From NCBI RefSeq assembly GCF_006345805.1, contig NC_043016.1, forward strand, positions 1,984,001-2,048,000: DNA of 64,000 nt. Reading direction: 5' to 3'. The position numbers were made by a program, and so were the translations under genes. The DNA comes from Octopus sinensis. Lineage: Eukaryota. Of the stretch, positions 50,680-63,309 are shown in pieces (within the stretch, counting starts at the first letter, position 1; every line of letters starts with the position of its first letter). The notes below the pieces were generated by a model. The model was given only the letters and a program-made list of their open reading frames with translations, was not told where the DNA came from and did no database searches.

Positions 50680-51530
50680 TAAAAATACAAAATGGTACAA
50701 GAAGGCAAAACATCCAGACAGTTAGGTGATACAAAAATTGGACAACAAAATATCCAGATAGATGATACAAAGAAAACAATGTCTGGTCATTAGGAGTTTT
50801 CTTTCCTCAGTCGAGTTCCAGATTATCTTTGGAATTTCGGCTGGTTATACCCGAGATTACTCCAATCTGGCCAGCCCCATGGAAAAACTAAGCTAAGAGC
50901 ATTAGATTCCTAGGAAGAAAGCAGCGAATGTATACAAAAACAAGGACGAAAAAAACGGACAATGTTACGCAAATATAATAAAAATGATAACAGGACATAT
51001 CAACAGGTGTCTTTCGACTAAGGACGAATTAAATTAAACTGGCGTGTGTGGAAATGAAGACTTACGGCAGGGATACAAGATTTCACAGGGAGGAATATCG
51101 ATGTTGCACAGACAACGGCCAGACCAAGAAAGAAAGATCAGGCTTAGCCGAACGCCGGTCACGTGGGCAAAGAGGAGAGATAGGTAGACGTAGAGGATAG
51201 ATGAATTAAGGAGGGACGAGAAAAAATGACAGGGACACAGTGAAGTGAAAAGTGGAGGGAAAGTGAGCAAGAAGAGAAGACAATGAAATGTGAGAGAGGG
51301 GGATGAAAGAACGAAGAGTGGAATGAACGAATAATGTGAAAGGGCTGTTAGACAGAAAGAATAGAGTCGTACAAGATTTAGAAAAATGTATGTCCCTGTC
51401 ATTCCGAAGAACTGGAGAAACACCATCCATACCACACGATGCGCCAGTCTTGGGCTGTTTAGTGCTTCTTCGGGACTAATATCACCAGTTAGAAAATGAA
51501 TGAGCAGCGGTGAGATAACAAAATTGTCCG
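50680..51530 (-). mobile_element. Interspersed repeat, probable Penelope-like 3' region
   Basis: Strand-biased purine-rich repeat next to microsatellite; by resemblance only. Confidence 0.35.
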
Positions 51531-52075
51531 TGTGAGAGGTCTTACGGATTATTTACCTGTTTTAGTTTTCATGCGTCTTTAGATTGCCGAGCTGACGAGC
51601 TGCATATGGTACTGAGCAACATGTGCCCACTATGCAACTCTCAAAGAGAAAAATTCCTTTAGAAGACGCCAAAGTTCATGAAGCTCAAAACAGAATGACA
51701 GCTGCGAAACAAGCAAACCCAGCAGACCGAGACCATTGCAATACTTAATGCTGAAGCAAACTCGTACACAGACTTCAATCAGCTGTACTCCAAAGCACGT
51801 GCATGGAGGAGGAAATGAAGAGTGACAACGAAGCGAATGACGGCAGACAAATGAAAGCGACGCGGAAAACCATAATCAATTTGTGTAAATATTCCACTGG
51901 ACGTTTACATTGGTTTCTACAATACACACGTAACATGTACATACATACATACAGACAAACATCCAACCTTACATGCATACATACGCACATAAACACACAC
52001 ACACACGCACACATATACATACGTACGTACGTACATACATCCCTACATACATGCGCACATACAAATTTGTATGTA

Positions 52076-52106
<31 letters not shown>

Positions 52107-52109
52107 CTA

Positions 52110-53040
52110 TAAGTAATACTAAGCAATAAAGGGGTTTAGCAACGAATTGCTTACCACATACCGAATTTAGAATAGCAGTCAAAGAGTTATAGCTCTTTCT
52201 TCTACTAAAAAGGGAGATCTCAGTAAAAACAGCAATTGGAAGGCAGACACAAACCGGTAAGAGAGAATGAATTGACGGCAATCTATCATACAATTTTAGT
52301 TATCTACGGACGCACGTTTGCGAAATCAAGTTTTTAGGAAAGCATAAGATTAAATATTAAATAATTTCTACCTTACCAAAACTCTTTTTCTCTTCAGCGT
52401 AGAATACTATAATCATAATGATTATATTGAATTTTGAGATACTAGAAGGCACCAACTCAACTCAGTATCAGAGCGAGCTAGAATCCGCAACTAGTATCCC
52501 CAAATTCAAAGTGTGAATGAAAAGATTTGTGTCACCAGCCCCTTCCCACCCGCGTGTATCCAAAACAAGATGCTGTGGTCATCTACTGAGATAAAATATG
52601 GTTATCCGTAATAGGTGACACAATCTTTTCATTCACACTTTGAATTTGGGGATACTAGTTGCGGATTCTAGCTCGCTCTGATACTGAGTTGAGTTGGTGC
52701 CTTCTAGTATCTCAAAATTCAATATATAATCATTTATGATTATAGTATTCTACGCTGAGAGAAAGAAGTTTTGGTAAGGTAGAATTATTTAATATTTAAT
52801 TCTTATGCTTTCCTAAAAAACTTGATTTCGAAACGTGCGTCCGTAGATAACTTAAATTGTATGATAGATTGCCGTCAATTCATTCTCTCTTACCTGTTTG
52901 TGTCTGCCTTCCAATTGCTGTTTTTACTGAGATCCCCCTTTTTAGTAGAAGAAATAGCTATAACTCTTTGACTGCTATTTCTAAATTCGGTATGTGGTAA
53001 GGCAATTCGTTGCTAAACCTTTATTGCTTAGTATTACTTA
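52110..53040. mobile_element. Fold-back element, ~427-bp inverted arms, each with a hammerhead motif
   Basis: 52110-52536 is the reverse complement of 52614-53040 apart from scattered 1-2 nt differences; 77-bp spacer; (TA)n on the left. Confidence 0.92.
52749..52847 (+). ncRNA. Type-I hammerhead ribozyme motif (mirror copy at 52303-52403, minus)
   Basis: Two-arm consensus UCUACG-CUGAAGA-GAAA...UUUC-GAAA-CGUGCG-UC-CGUAGA with a GUC cleavage triplet; each arm has one single-base indel in the core. Confidence 0.72.
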
Positions 53041-53121
53041 AATTTTCCTCGAATGAGCTTTACATGCCGAACTACTTGGTGTAATTGATAATTATTCCAA
53101 ATTAAATAATTTCACCTTCAT

Positions 53122-53392
<271 letters not shown>

Positions 53393-53624
53393 GTATAATT
53401 TCGGCAACATTATGCATTCCTTTTAGGCCCCTAGTAGGTTCGCAGAAAAGCAACGAAACTTTCTCATACTTCAACGCTGACATTTCTCTTAAGTGTTATT
53501 GAATAAAAAATGAAAAGATTATTTTTGTATCTTAATTGGTTTGCAAGGACTCTTGAATGATGTAAACGCTCCACTTTCAGAACATGATCTCAGACTTAAG
53601 TCACTTGCCAAACAGGTACAACTA

Positions 53625-53672
<48 letters not shown>

Positions 53673-53714
53673 ATAGTATATATATATATATTAATATATA
53701 TTTATATATCTATA

Positions 53715-53771
<57 letters not shown>

Positions 53772-55089
53772 ATATATATGACACATATTTATACATGTAT
53801 ATACACATATATATACATACATAAATATATATACATATATGTATGTATATATATCTGGTGTGCGTGTGTGCTTATGTGTGTGTGTGTGTGCGTGTTTACA
53901 CAAATATATGTATATATATAGTATAAGCATAAATATGTGCACACATGCATGAACGTATGTCTGTGTACGCATGTATTATATGTATATAGATATGAAAGCG
54001 GAAATCGATAGTCAGCAACACATATGATATATATGTATGTATGTGTATGTATGTATGTATACATGTATGTATGTATGTATGTATGTATGTATGTATGTAT
54101 GTATGTATGTATGTATGTATGAATGTATGTATGCATACATACATTCTACATACAAATACATACATACATACAAACATACAATGCATACATACATACATAC
54201 ATACATACATACCTACATACAAACATACATGCATACATACATACATACATACATACATACATACATACTACATACATACAATACATACATCATACATATA
54301 TATATACATGTAGGAATGTATAACTCCTTATATTGAACTCCACTATTACGCTCCAGTTAAATCTTTCTCTTCATAAATGTCCTATAAATACCACACATCC
54401 TTGGTTTCGTTGTCTCACTTCATTTAACATATGTATTCACACACACACACACACAAACGCACAAACGCACACACACACATAAACACACACACATATATAT
54501 TTGCACCGTGGAAGATGTTTGTAAGTCAAAAACCGTTAGTTTCACTTCAACAATTAAATTTAATTTGTGTCAAAATATTTTCGTCGCTTAAAAGTTTGGA
54601 GAGAGACAGAAACCAAAGAAATAAAATTGGTACTTGGTATCATAAAAATAAATTTCACAGAGTACTGTCTGTCAACGCTACACTTCGACAATTTATCAAG
54701 TGGGGTATTTAAGAAAATCTTACGCACAACTATCTACACATGCCACTGATGCAAAACAGAGACAAGTCACCGAAACTGTCTGTATACAGGAGTACAAAAG
54801 CACACTCAACCGCAAATCAGAGTTGGGTAACACCCAAATTCCACTCGGAAGTACCCATCTATAATCACCCCTTACTCTCATTTATATGTAGAATTTCATA
54901 CATACAAGTTGAAACGCACGATACCCATATATGTATATATACATGTTTGTGCGCGTGCACGACGTGTGTGAGTAGCTATGTATAGCTGTATGAGTGTACA
55001 TAGATTTATATGCTCACATACATACATGCATACGTCCATATAGTAACGCTCTTGCAATCCCAAGGTGCAACTGCATGTATAGGCTATGT

Positions 55090-55680
55090 CATGCTTCTGT
55101 GGAACTCATCATGTGATTAGCAGCTGTCCTAAAATGTCGTCACGGTACTATCTCACTATGCGGCACGATGTTGTTGCAAAAATTTACAATGCGATCCGAA
55201 AAAAAAACCTACCCTGAAGTAACCTTAGAGAATCCCTGTGTTATGGAATACATTCATAAACACCAACTCAAGGAATACTCGTGGAATATTCCCATCAAAG
55301 CATCTGTCAAATGTAAACATAACAGGCCGGATATTGTTGTTTGGGACAGAGGGGCAAATGTATGTACCATCATAGAGGTTAGCTGCCCTGCTGATATAAA
55401 TATCTCTTTGAAAATCAAAGAAAAAAAGGATATCTATGGACAACTGATTCGAAACCTCCAGCTTCTATATCCAGACTATGAATTCATATTCATACCAATA
55501 ATAATTGGAGCAATAGGTTTTGTGCAATCTGTGAGTGGAACAATAAAAATATGCAAGACATTTTTCAAGTTCCAAATGTGAATTTGACTGTTAACTACAT
55601 CCCAAAGATGGAGCCTTATATCTTTGATGGAAACTGGCTCCCTCCTCAGTGGAGGATTTATAATAATTAAAAGAAAATAG
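55090..55680 (+). mobile_element. R4/Dong-clade LINE 3' fragment (restriction-like endonuclease)
   Basis: HVISSCPKMS..RHDVVAK; WNIPIK..KHNRPDIVVWDR..IIEVSCPAD..K..Y; FIPIIIGAIG. Confidence 0.85.
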
Positions 55681-55817
55681 AAGAGACATATATACATACA
55701 TACATACATACATACATAAGGAGTTATTTCCCTTTATATTTCCTATATCCATCCTTTTCTGGAATAACGCCTTATATTGAACTATACTATTTCCCTCTAG
55801 TTAACTCTCACATATCG

Positions 55818-55863
55818 TCTCTAATGAAGGGATATCCCTAATATCCCTGAAGCACTTGTAAAG
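55818..55863 (+). ncRNA. Degenerate hammerhead motif
   Basis: CUAAUGA-AGGGAUAU(cccua)AUAUCCCU-GAAG-CACUUG-UA: perfect 8-bp stem II, two core substitutions. Confidence 0.5.
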
Positions 55864-56032
55864 CTACCTTTCTCTTTATAAATGTTTTATAAATTCCACA
55901 CAACTTTGGTTTTGTTGTCTCATTTTATTTAATATATACATTCTCACACAAGACCCGCATTAGACTCCGCACTTGTATCATAATCGAACCAAAAGTCTTA
56001 CATAACCTTAACTGCCATCTTGGAGCTTCTGG

Positions 56033-56062
<30 letters not shown>

Positions 56063-56064
<2 letters not shown>

Positions 56065-57354
56065 ACAAATAAGAAAATGGAGGAACAGATTCCTTTCAAT
56101 CATCGATTTACAGATAATACCAATTCATATTATTTATTAACTACTTAAATAGGAACATCCAAATCCAACAGAATAAAACAATATACATCAATAAGTAAGA
56201 TAATACCATAAAAAATACATATAAAATGGATCTTACAGCTGTTTCAGCCTGTAGATAAAGGTATCTCATTGTGCCTATATATATTAATAATAACGTAAGC
56301 ATAGCCCGTTACGGCCTATCTCTTACCTCTTGATCTGTGAACTCTACGTATGTACATGCATATATCTTTTGTATGATGTAAAAGGATAAAATCTCTTTAT
56401 ATATGTATATGTATTAGTGGATGTTTTTACACATGTATGTATATGCATATACATGTATTTGTTACCTGTGTGTATATATATGTATGCAGAATAAGACTGA
56501 AGTTTCGATTTTGACTGTATGATATATGAATATAATGACATTATTTGTTGAATTAATGTACTTGCATCTTCCATAGGCATCTGTCTATATATTATGTTAT
56601 ACTATATTATATATGTAATTTACAATATATTATATTATATTATACAATATTATATTATACTATATTTTATGTGGTATTTTTCATCTACTAGGTATTGTGA
56701 ATACCAGAATGCAAATATTCCATTATTGGTATTACTAATAATAATAATATTAATAGTTTTGGTAATACAATATAATGCAATGAACTTTGGACTTTGTATA
56801 TGTACCTTTTGATGTGAATATGTATGTATACTCCAGTATATATATTTGATTAACTGTAACCTTATGTGTATGTATATTATTATATATATACTTATATATA
56901 TGTATATATATATACTTATATATATGTATATATATATACTTATATATATGTATATATATGTGCATAATATTTATATATACATATTCTTGTGTAAGTGTAT
57001 TTTGTTTTATATTTATATTTGCATTTTTATATCTTCATAATTGTACTTTATAATCTCTGATGAGGCCTTGAGATATATATATAAGTAACTAATTTTTAAC
57101 TGCATATTACCTCAATACATCTTACTAATATAGGCATGATGAGATACCCTTATCTACAGGCTGAAACAGCTGTAAGATCCATTTTATATGTATTTTTATG
57201 GTATTATCTTACTTACTGATGTATATTGTTTTATTCTATTTTATTCTTTTGGATTTGGATGCTACTATTGAAGTAGTTAATAAATAATATAAATTGGTAA
57301 TATCTGTAAGTCGATGATTGAAATGAATCTGTTCCTCCACTTCCTTATTTGTAT
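56063..57354. mobile_element. Fold-back element, ~220-bp diverged inverted arms
   Basis: 56063-56280 is the reverse complement of 57128-57354; AT-rich spacer; (TA)n on the left. Confidence 0.88.
57053..57178 (+). ncRNA. Type-I hammerhead ribozyme motif with intact core and long stem-II insert
   Basis: AUCU-CUGAUGA-GGCCU..(89 nt)..AGGCU-GAAA-CAGCUG-UA-AGAU; stem II extends through AGAUA/UAUCU. Confidence 0.75.
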
Positions 57355-57644
57355 TATGAATTTGAGGTAAAATATTTTACCTTCGCCCATCCGATACAAT
57401 AAATGAATTATTGCATTGCAATTATAAGCATTTATGTATTTGCCTTTTGGGTACTTCATTAGCAGTATATTGGATAACTGATATCCCATAGTGGGTTACA
57501 CTCATAACCGCTATCTCACTTTGTATTTGTATATATATATATTTATATATATTTGTATATTTATTCATAAGCATATTTATATATATGTATATATATATAT
57601 ATATACATATATATGGTTATATATATATATATATATATATGCAA

Positions 57645-57805
57645 CAATCTTCTTCAGCTTCGTCTACCATAACACTCACAAGGCTGGTCGGCCCGAGCCG
57701 AGATTATAGTAAGGGACAGCTGCCCAAGGTGCCACGCAGTGGGACTGAACCTGGAACCGTGTAGTTAGGAAGTAAACTTCTTACCACACAGCCACATCTG
57801 CGCTC
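57645..57805 (-). mobile_element. SINE family 1, 5' part
   Basis: cccaaggtgccacgcagtgggactgaacctggaacc...cttaccacacagccac. Confidence 0.85.
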
Positions 57806-57881
57806 AATATATAAAGATGTGTATGTGTTTGTGTATGAGTGCGTGTATGTGCCTGTATGCAAGAATGTATGTAGATGTATG

Positions 57882-57924
<43 letters not shown>

Positions 57925-58617
57925 GAGATAGACACGCACGTGCGTGTGTGCGCGCGCACGCACACACACAGAAAATGACACGTACGCACATATCGAGGCT
58001 TTTTAAGGAAGCTTGATTCATTAAGTGAGAAAAAAAAGACACTTGAGCTTCAGTTGTCCGTGTAGAATGGAAAAGCTTCAGAGCCAGGAAATGCAAAGAG
58101 CAATAAATAACTGTACGACCTACTGCTGTCTTGAGAAATAGTGGAAAGTCTTGGAGGAACCTAATTTCTGAAATTTATTTATCTAATTGATTTGATTTTG
58201 TGGAAGTGAACTTTAGGAGATGTTGGTGGAAGGAAAAAGATAAGTGGTTTAAGAGACAACATCAGTTATGCTTCGCTAAATAACATCCAGTAAATAGAAA
58301 ATAATAAAAACCGATGTTGACTCAAGACTGTGTTGTGTTGTGTGCGTGTAAGAGTGAATGGAAGGCGCGAGGGGGGGGGAGAGAAATAAATCAACTAGTC
58401 ATTAGAATTACACATATGAACTCAAGCGCGCGAATGCACGCACACACACGCACACGCACACGCACATACATACACATACACATACATACACAAACGCACA
58501 TGAGTACATCTCAGTCTGCCTGTGTGTGCGTGTGTATATTATATATATACATACCTCTATATATCTCCCCTCCCTCTCTCTCATTTTATCTATCTATCTG
58601 TCTATCTATCTATTCCC

Positions 58618-58664
<47 letters not shown>

Positions 58665-58706
58665 CTCTCTTCTCTATATATATATATAGATCTGACTGCC
58701 TGTCTG

Positions 58707-58740
<34 letters not shown>

Positions 58741-58753
58741 ATCTATCTATCTA

Positions 58754-58793
<40 letters not shown>

Positions 58794-59403
58794 CACACAA
58801 CACATTCACACACACACATATGTGTATATATAATATATATAAATATATAATATATATATATATAGTATATGTATATATTGTTTGAATGCACGTATATATG
58901 TGTGTGCATGTACGTGGGTGTGTGCGTGCACGCGCGCGATCGCCCGTGTATGCGTATGCGTGACTCCATGTGTTTATGCGAAAATAAATAAATAAATAAA
59001 TAAATAAGCTCCAGCAACAGAAGCGAAGGACAAAAACAAGGCTATATTCACCATTACCTATTGAACCTCTTTTACTCTTCGTCCGCCTGCTCACCCGACC
59101 CCCGACACATACCCACAACGCCCAATACTCATTCATTAATTTATTCGATCATTCATTCATTCATTCATAGTCATAAAACAGATATGAACCTATTAGGGAA
59201 AAAGAAAGAATGAAAAAGAAAGAATGAAAGAAAGAAGGAGAACAATAAACAAACAAAAAAGCTAAAAGAAAGCAAATTAAGAAAAAACACGCATACTAAA
59301 TAAAATTGCATATATATATATATATGTAATAATAATAATAAAAATGAAAATAATAATAATGATGATGATGATGATGATAATAATAATAATAATAATAATA
59401 ATA

Positions 59404-59467
<64 letters not shown>

Positions 59468-60104
59468 CTGCCGGACGATATTAGGATCTAAACCGTATTC
59501 ATAAGCTAAACCGCCATGTTGTAAGTAGCAACGGGTACATAGCTACATACTCATCGTCCTAGAACACTGTAAAACACTCAAATGTATTAGCAGCGAACGG
59601 AAGTTGTTCGATTCTGTTTCCGCTCCGTTTGGGAACGCCACCACCCTATTGGAGCTTAACATGTGCTAAAAAGAAAATCAGACAAAGAAATTTTTGTTTT
59701 TGTTTTCGATTTTTTTAAAGAAGGAGCGGAGGAGGGGACATTTTTCTTTTTTTTTTACTGAGTTGACAGGACTACTTTATTTTTTTTCCTTTATCATTTT
59801 TGTTTCCTTTTATATTTTAATTTATTTTAATTGTTTTTGTTCTTATTGCTTTCTTCTTTTTATTCTTGTTTGTTTTAACTCACCAATCCTATACATAGGT
59901 GCATTCTAAGAATCGTGATGGTGGTGGATATTGTGGTGGCGGTGGTGGTGGTGGTGGTGGTAATGGTGTTGGTAATGTTAGAGTAAGTCTTGGTAATGAT
60001 ACAAGCAATGTGGATTATTGACAGTCAAAAACACATACATACTATTATTATTATTATTATTATATTATTATTATTATATTATTATTATTATATTATTATT
60101 ACTA

Positions 60105-60142
<38 letters not shown>

Positions 60143-60365
60143 TATTATTATTATTATTATTATTATACTCCCGTTCAAATCGATAGATGTGTACGAGAAG
60201 AAAAAAGTGACATTTGAGTCGTGCTTGTCTTGAATTATTCGATTGCATTGTAGGATTTTGAAATAATTGGATGCATTGGCGTATGTACATATCAATGCAT
60301 AAATACGTACATCAGTACATACAAAAATGCACGCATACTTACATACATATATGCACACACACACA

Positions 60366-60489
<124 letters not shown>

Positions 60490-60550
60490 AGAGAGAGAGA
60501 GAGAGAGAATATTTAATCTCTGAGCGAGAAGTAAACAGTAGCAGTACGGA

Positions 60551-60694
60551 ATCGTAAAATATAATACCAACTAAATGTGGTCCTCCCATAGAGGACGATG
60601 CTACTGTTGTTTTTAGACTTATTGGGATTAAAAACAACAGTAACCTCGTCCACTATGGGGCTGCCACATTTAGTTGGCAGTTATATTTTACGAT
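60551..60694. repeat. Palindromic hairpin element (65-bp arms, 13-nt loop)
   Basis: atcgtaaaatataataccaactaaatgtgg...tactgttgttttta / taaaaacaacagta...ccacatttagttggcagttatattttacgat. Confidence 0.85.
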
Positions 60695-60724
60695 ATACAC
60701 GTAGACACGCAATATGTGTATATA

Positions 60725-60900
60725 TTCGTTATCTTTTGCTTGCTTCAGTTATAAGACAGCAGCGATGCCAGCGCACTCGAAGAATCTTAGTTGATTGAAA
60801 CGACCCAAGTCCTTTTTCTTAAGCCTACTACTTATTCTATCGTTCTGAGTTACGGAGACTTAAACACACCAAGACCGTATGTCAAGCATTGGAGGAGAAT

Positions 60901-60936
<36 letters not shown>

Positions 60937-61490
60937 AGATACAAGGAATCAGACATACACATATGAGACGGGATTTATTCAGTTTCCGTTTAAATCCGCT
61001 CGCAAGGTTTTGGTCAGCCAGAGGTTATAGGAGAAAACACTTACCCAAGGTGCTACGCAATCGAAATAAACTCGGACCCATGCGGTTACATATGTGTGTG
61101 TATGCCTTTCAGCTCTTTTGCCTCTTTCAGTGATTGAACTGCGGTCATAGCAGGTCACCACCCTGAAAGTTTTCGTCGAACGAACCAACGCCCTTACTTA
61201 ATTTAAAAGCCTGGCTCTTATTCTGTTGGTTACTGTTTGCCGAACCGCCGATTACGGGGTCGTTAGGTAATCAACACCGGTCGTCAAATGATGGCAGAGG
61301 AAATCTCAAACAGAAAAGTCTCAGAAACATTTTTTTCTCCTATTAGACTGCGGTCATACTGTGGCATCGCTTTGAAGAATTTTAGTCGAAAGGCATCGAT
61401 CCCAATTCTTATTTCATTCTATAAAGCTCGATACTTATTCTATCAGTGACTATTGCCACACAGCTAAGTTACGAAAGCGTAAACACAAAC
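60725..61490 (-). mobile_element. Cluster of diverged SINE family 1 copies
   Basis: Three successive fragments with tacttattctatc / ctaagttacg / gactgcggtcat landmarks. Confidence 0.7.
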
Positions 61491-61545
61491 ACACATACAC
61501 ACTCTCTCATACACACACGCACACATAACATACACATTCTGTGTG

Positions 61546-61605
<60 letters not shown>

Positions 61606-61696
61606 TATGTATATGCATACATACATGCATAGATACAGTTATTCATGCATGCATGAAAGCATCCATCCATACATACGTGCATGAATGCATATATAC

Positions 61697-61736
<40 letters not shown>

Positions 61737-61870
61737 GCACACATACATACTACACACATACATACATAGATGCATGCATGCATATACACATACATATATA
61801 TACACACACACATACTACATACGTATATATATATATATATGTATTTATATATACAGAGAGAGAGAGATTA

Positions 61871-62977
61871 AGAAATGTAGTCAAACATAAGTGTTATTCA
61901 AATCAATTATACTTGCAACATATGTTTCGATGAACGCATTGAGATTATTCCGGAGGGAATAAAAATGATGTAAAACAATGCATTCATCTCGTCAGGGTAA
62001 AAAAAAAAGAGGGAAAAAACACATCAGTAAGCTATTTTAACCGACTGTGATTACCGCGTATATGATGAAGGGGAACGCTAGCAAGTTATTTTTTCAAAAA
62101 CCGTTTATAGATTTAAGGTCAAAGGTAATTTAGAGAAAGAGAAGGAGAAAGAAAGAAATTAACAGAAAATTAAGTGTGAGAGATGAATAGGAATAAAGCT
62201 TAAAGGCGGGAAAATAGATGTCTGTAGTGGAAATGAAACGGAAGAAGACAGTTAAAGGTAGAATTTTATAGATTGGTGGAAATTACTTACAGGAACTAAA
62301 TGTATGTTTTTGCCAATGTTTGCAACGATAAATGCGTTCTTTATTCACCGAGAAAAAGATGAGAAATTGTCTTTCCTTGCGGAGCGAACCAAAAGAGTTA
62401 GCTTTTGTCATATTTTCTGTTAATTTCTTTCTTTCTTTCTTTCTTTCTCTTTCTTCTCTTTCTCTAAATTACCTTTGACATTAAATCTATTAACGGTTTT
62501 TAAAAAAATAACTTACCAGCGTTCCCCTTCATCAAATATGCAATAATCATAAAAAAATAAATGCGCCCTTTCAAAGCCTAGCCAGGCTCATGGCCCCGGT
62601 TTCCTGGTTTCTATGGCGTGTGTGTTCCCCATCGCAGCGTTGCTAATTTTTGCCAACTGAGTGGACTGGAGCAACGTGAAATGAAGTGTTTTGTTCAAGA
62701 ATACAACGCGTTGCCCGGTCCAGGAATCGAAACCACAATCTTACGATCAGGATGCTGACACCCTAACAACTAAGCCACCCGCCTCCACGCGCGATAATTA
62801 TAATCGGTTAAAATGGCTTATTGATGTGTTTTTTTTTTCCTTTTTCTTTGACCTGACGAGATGATTGAATTGTCTTACATCATTTTATTCCCTCCGGAAT
62901 AATCTCAATGTCTTCTTCAAAACATAAGTTGGAAGTATAAATGATTTGAATAACACCTGCGTTTGACTCCATGTCTT
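61871..62977. mobile_element. Fold-back element, ~300-bp arms, SINE inserted in the right arm
   Basis: 61871-62170 is the reverse complement of 62412-62550 plus 62790-62977; SINE at ~62565-62788 (minus) with diverged TSD gcaataatcataa / gcgataattataa. Confidence 0.88.
61912..62000 (-). ncRNA. Type-I hammerhead ribozyme motif, intact core
   Basis: CUGACGA-GAUGAAUGCAUUG...CAAUGCGUUCAUC-GAAA-CAUAUG-UU: 13-bp stem II, palindromic stem III, weak stem I. Decayed mirror copy at ~62850-62935 (+). Confidence 0.72.
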
Positions 62978-63152
62978 CATTTAGTCATGTTATATAAAAA
63001 ACATTTCACTAAACACTGGAATTTCTACCTTTATGAATAGGGTGTAATATCCTTGGCACTTATGCGAATTTTTGCTTCCCTGCTATTTAATTTTTTTTCC
63101 GTGTTATTTGTACACATTGAAAAAATACACATACATTTATGCATAACTATAA

Positions 63153-63183
<31 letters not shown>

Positions 63184-63309
63184 AATATAAATATATATAT
63201 ATATAAATATATATATGATGATTGATAATCCGAAACTCTTAAAAAAACTAGTGCAGTCGTTTCTTAAGTATTTCTAGTCTTCTGTTATATTCTTAACTAA
63301 AAATGAAGC

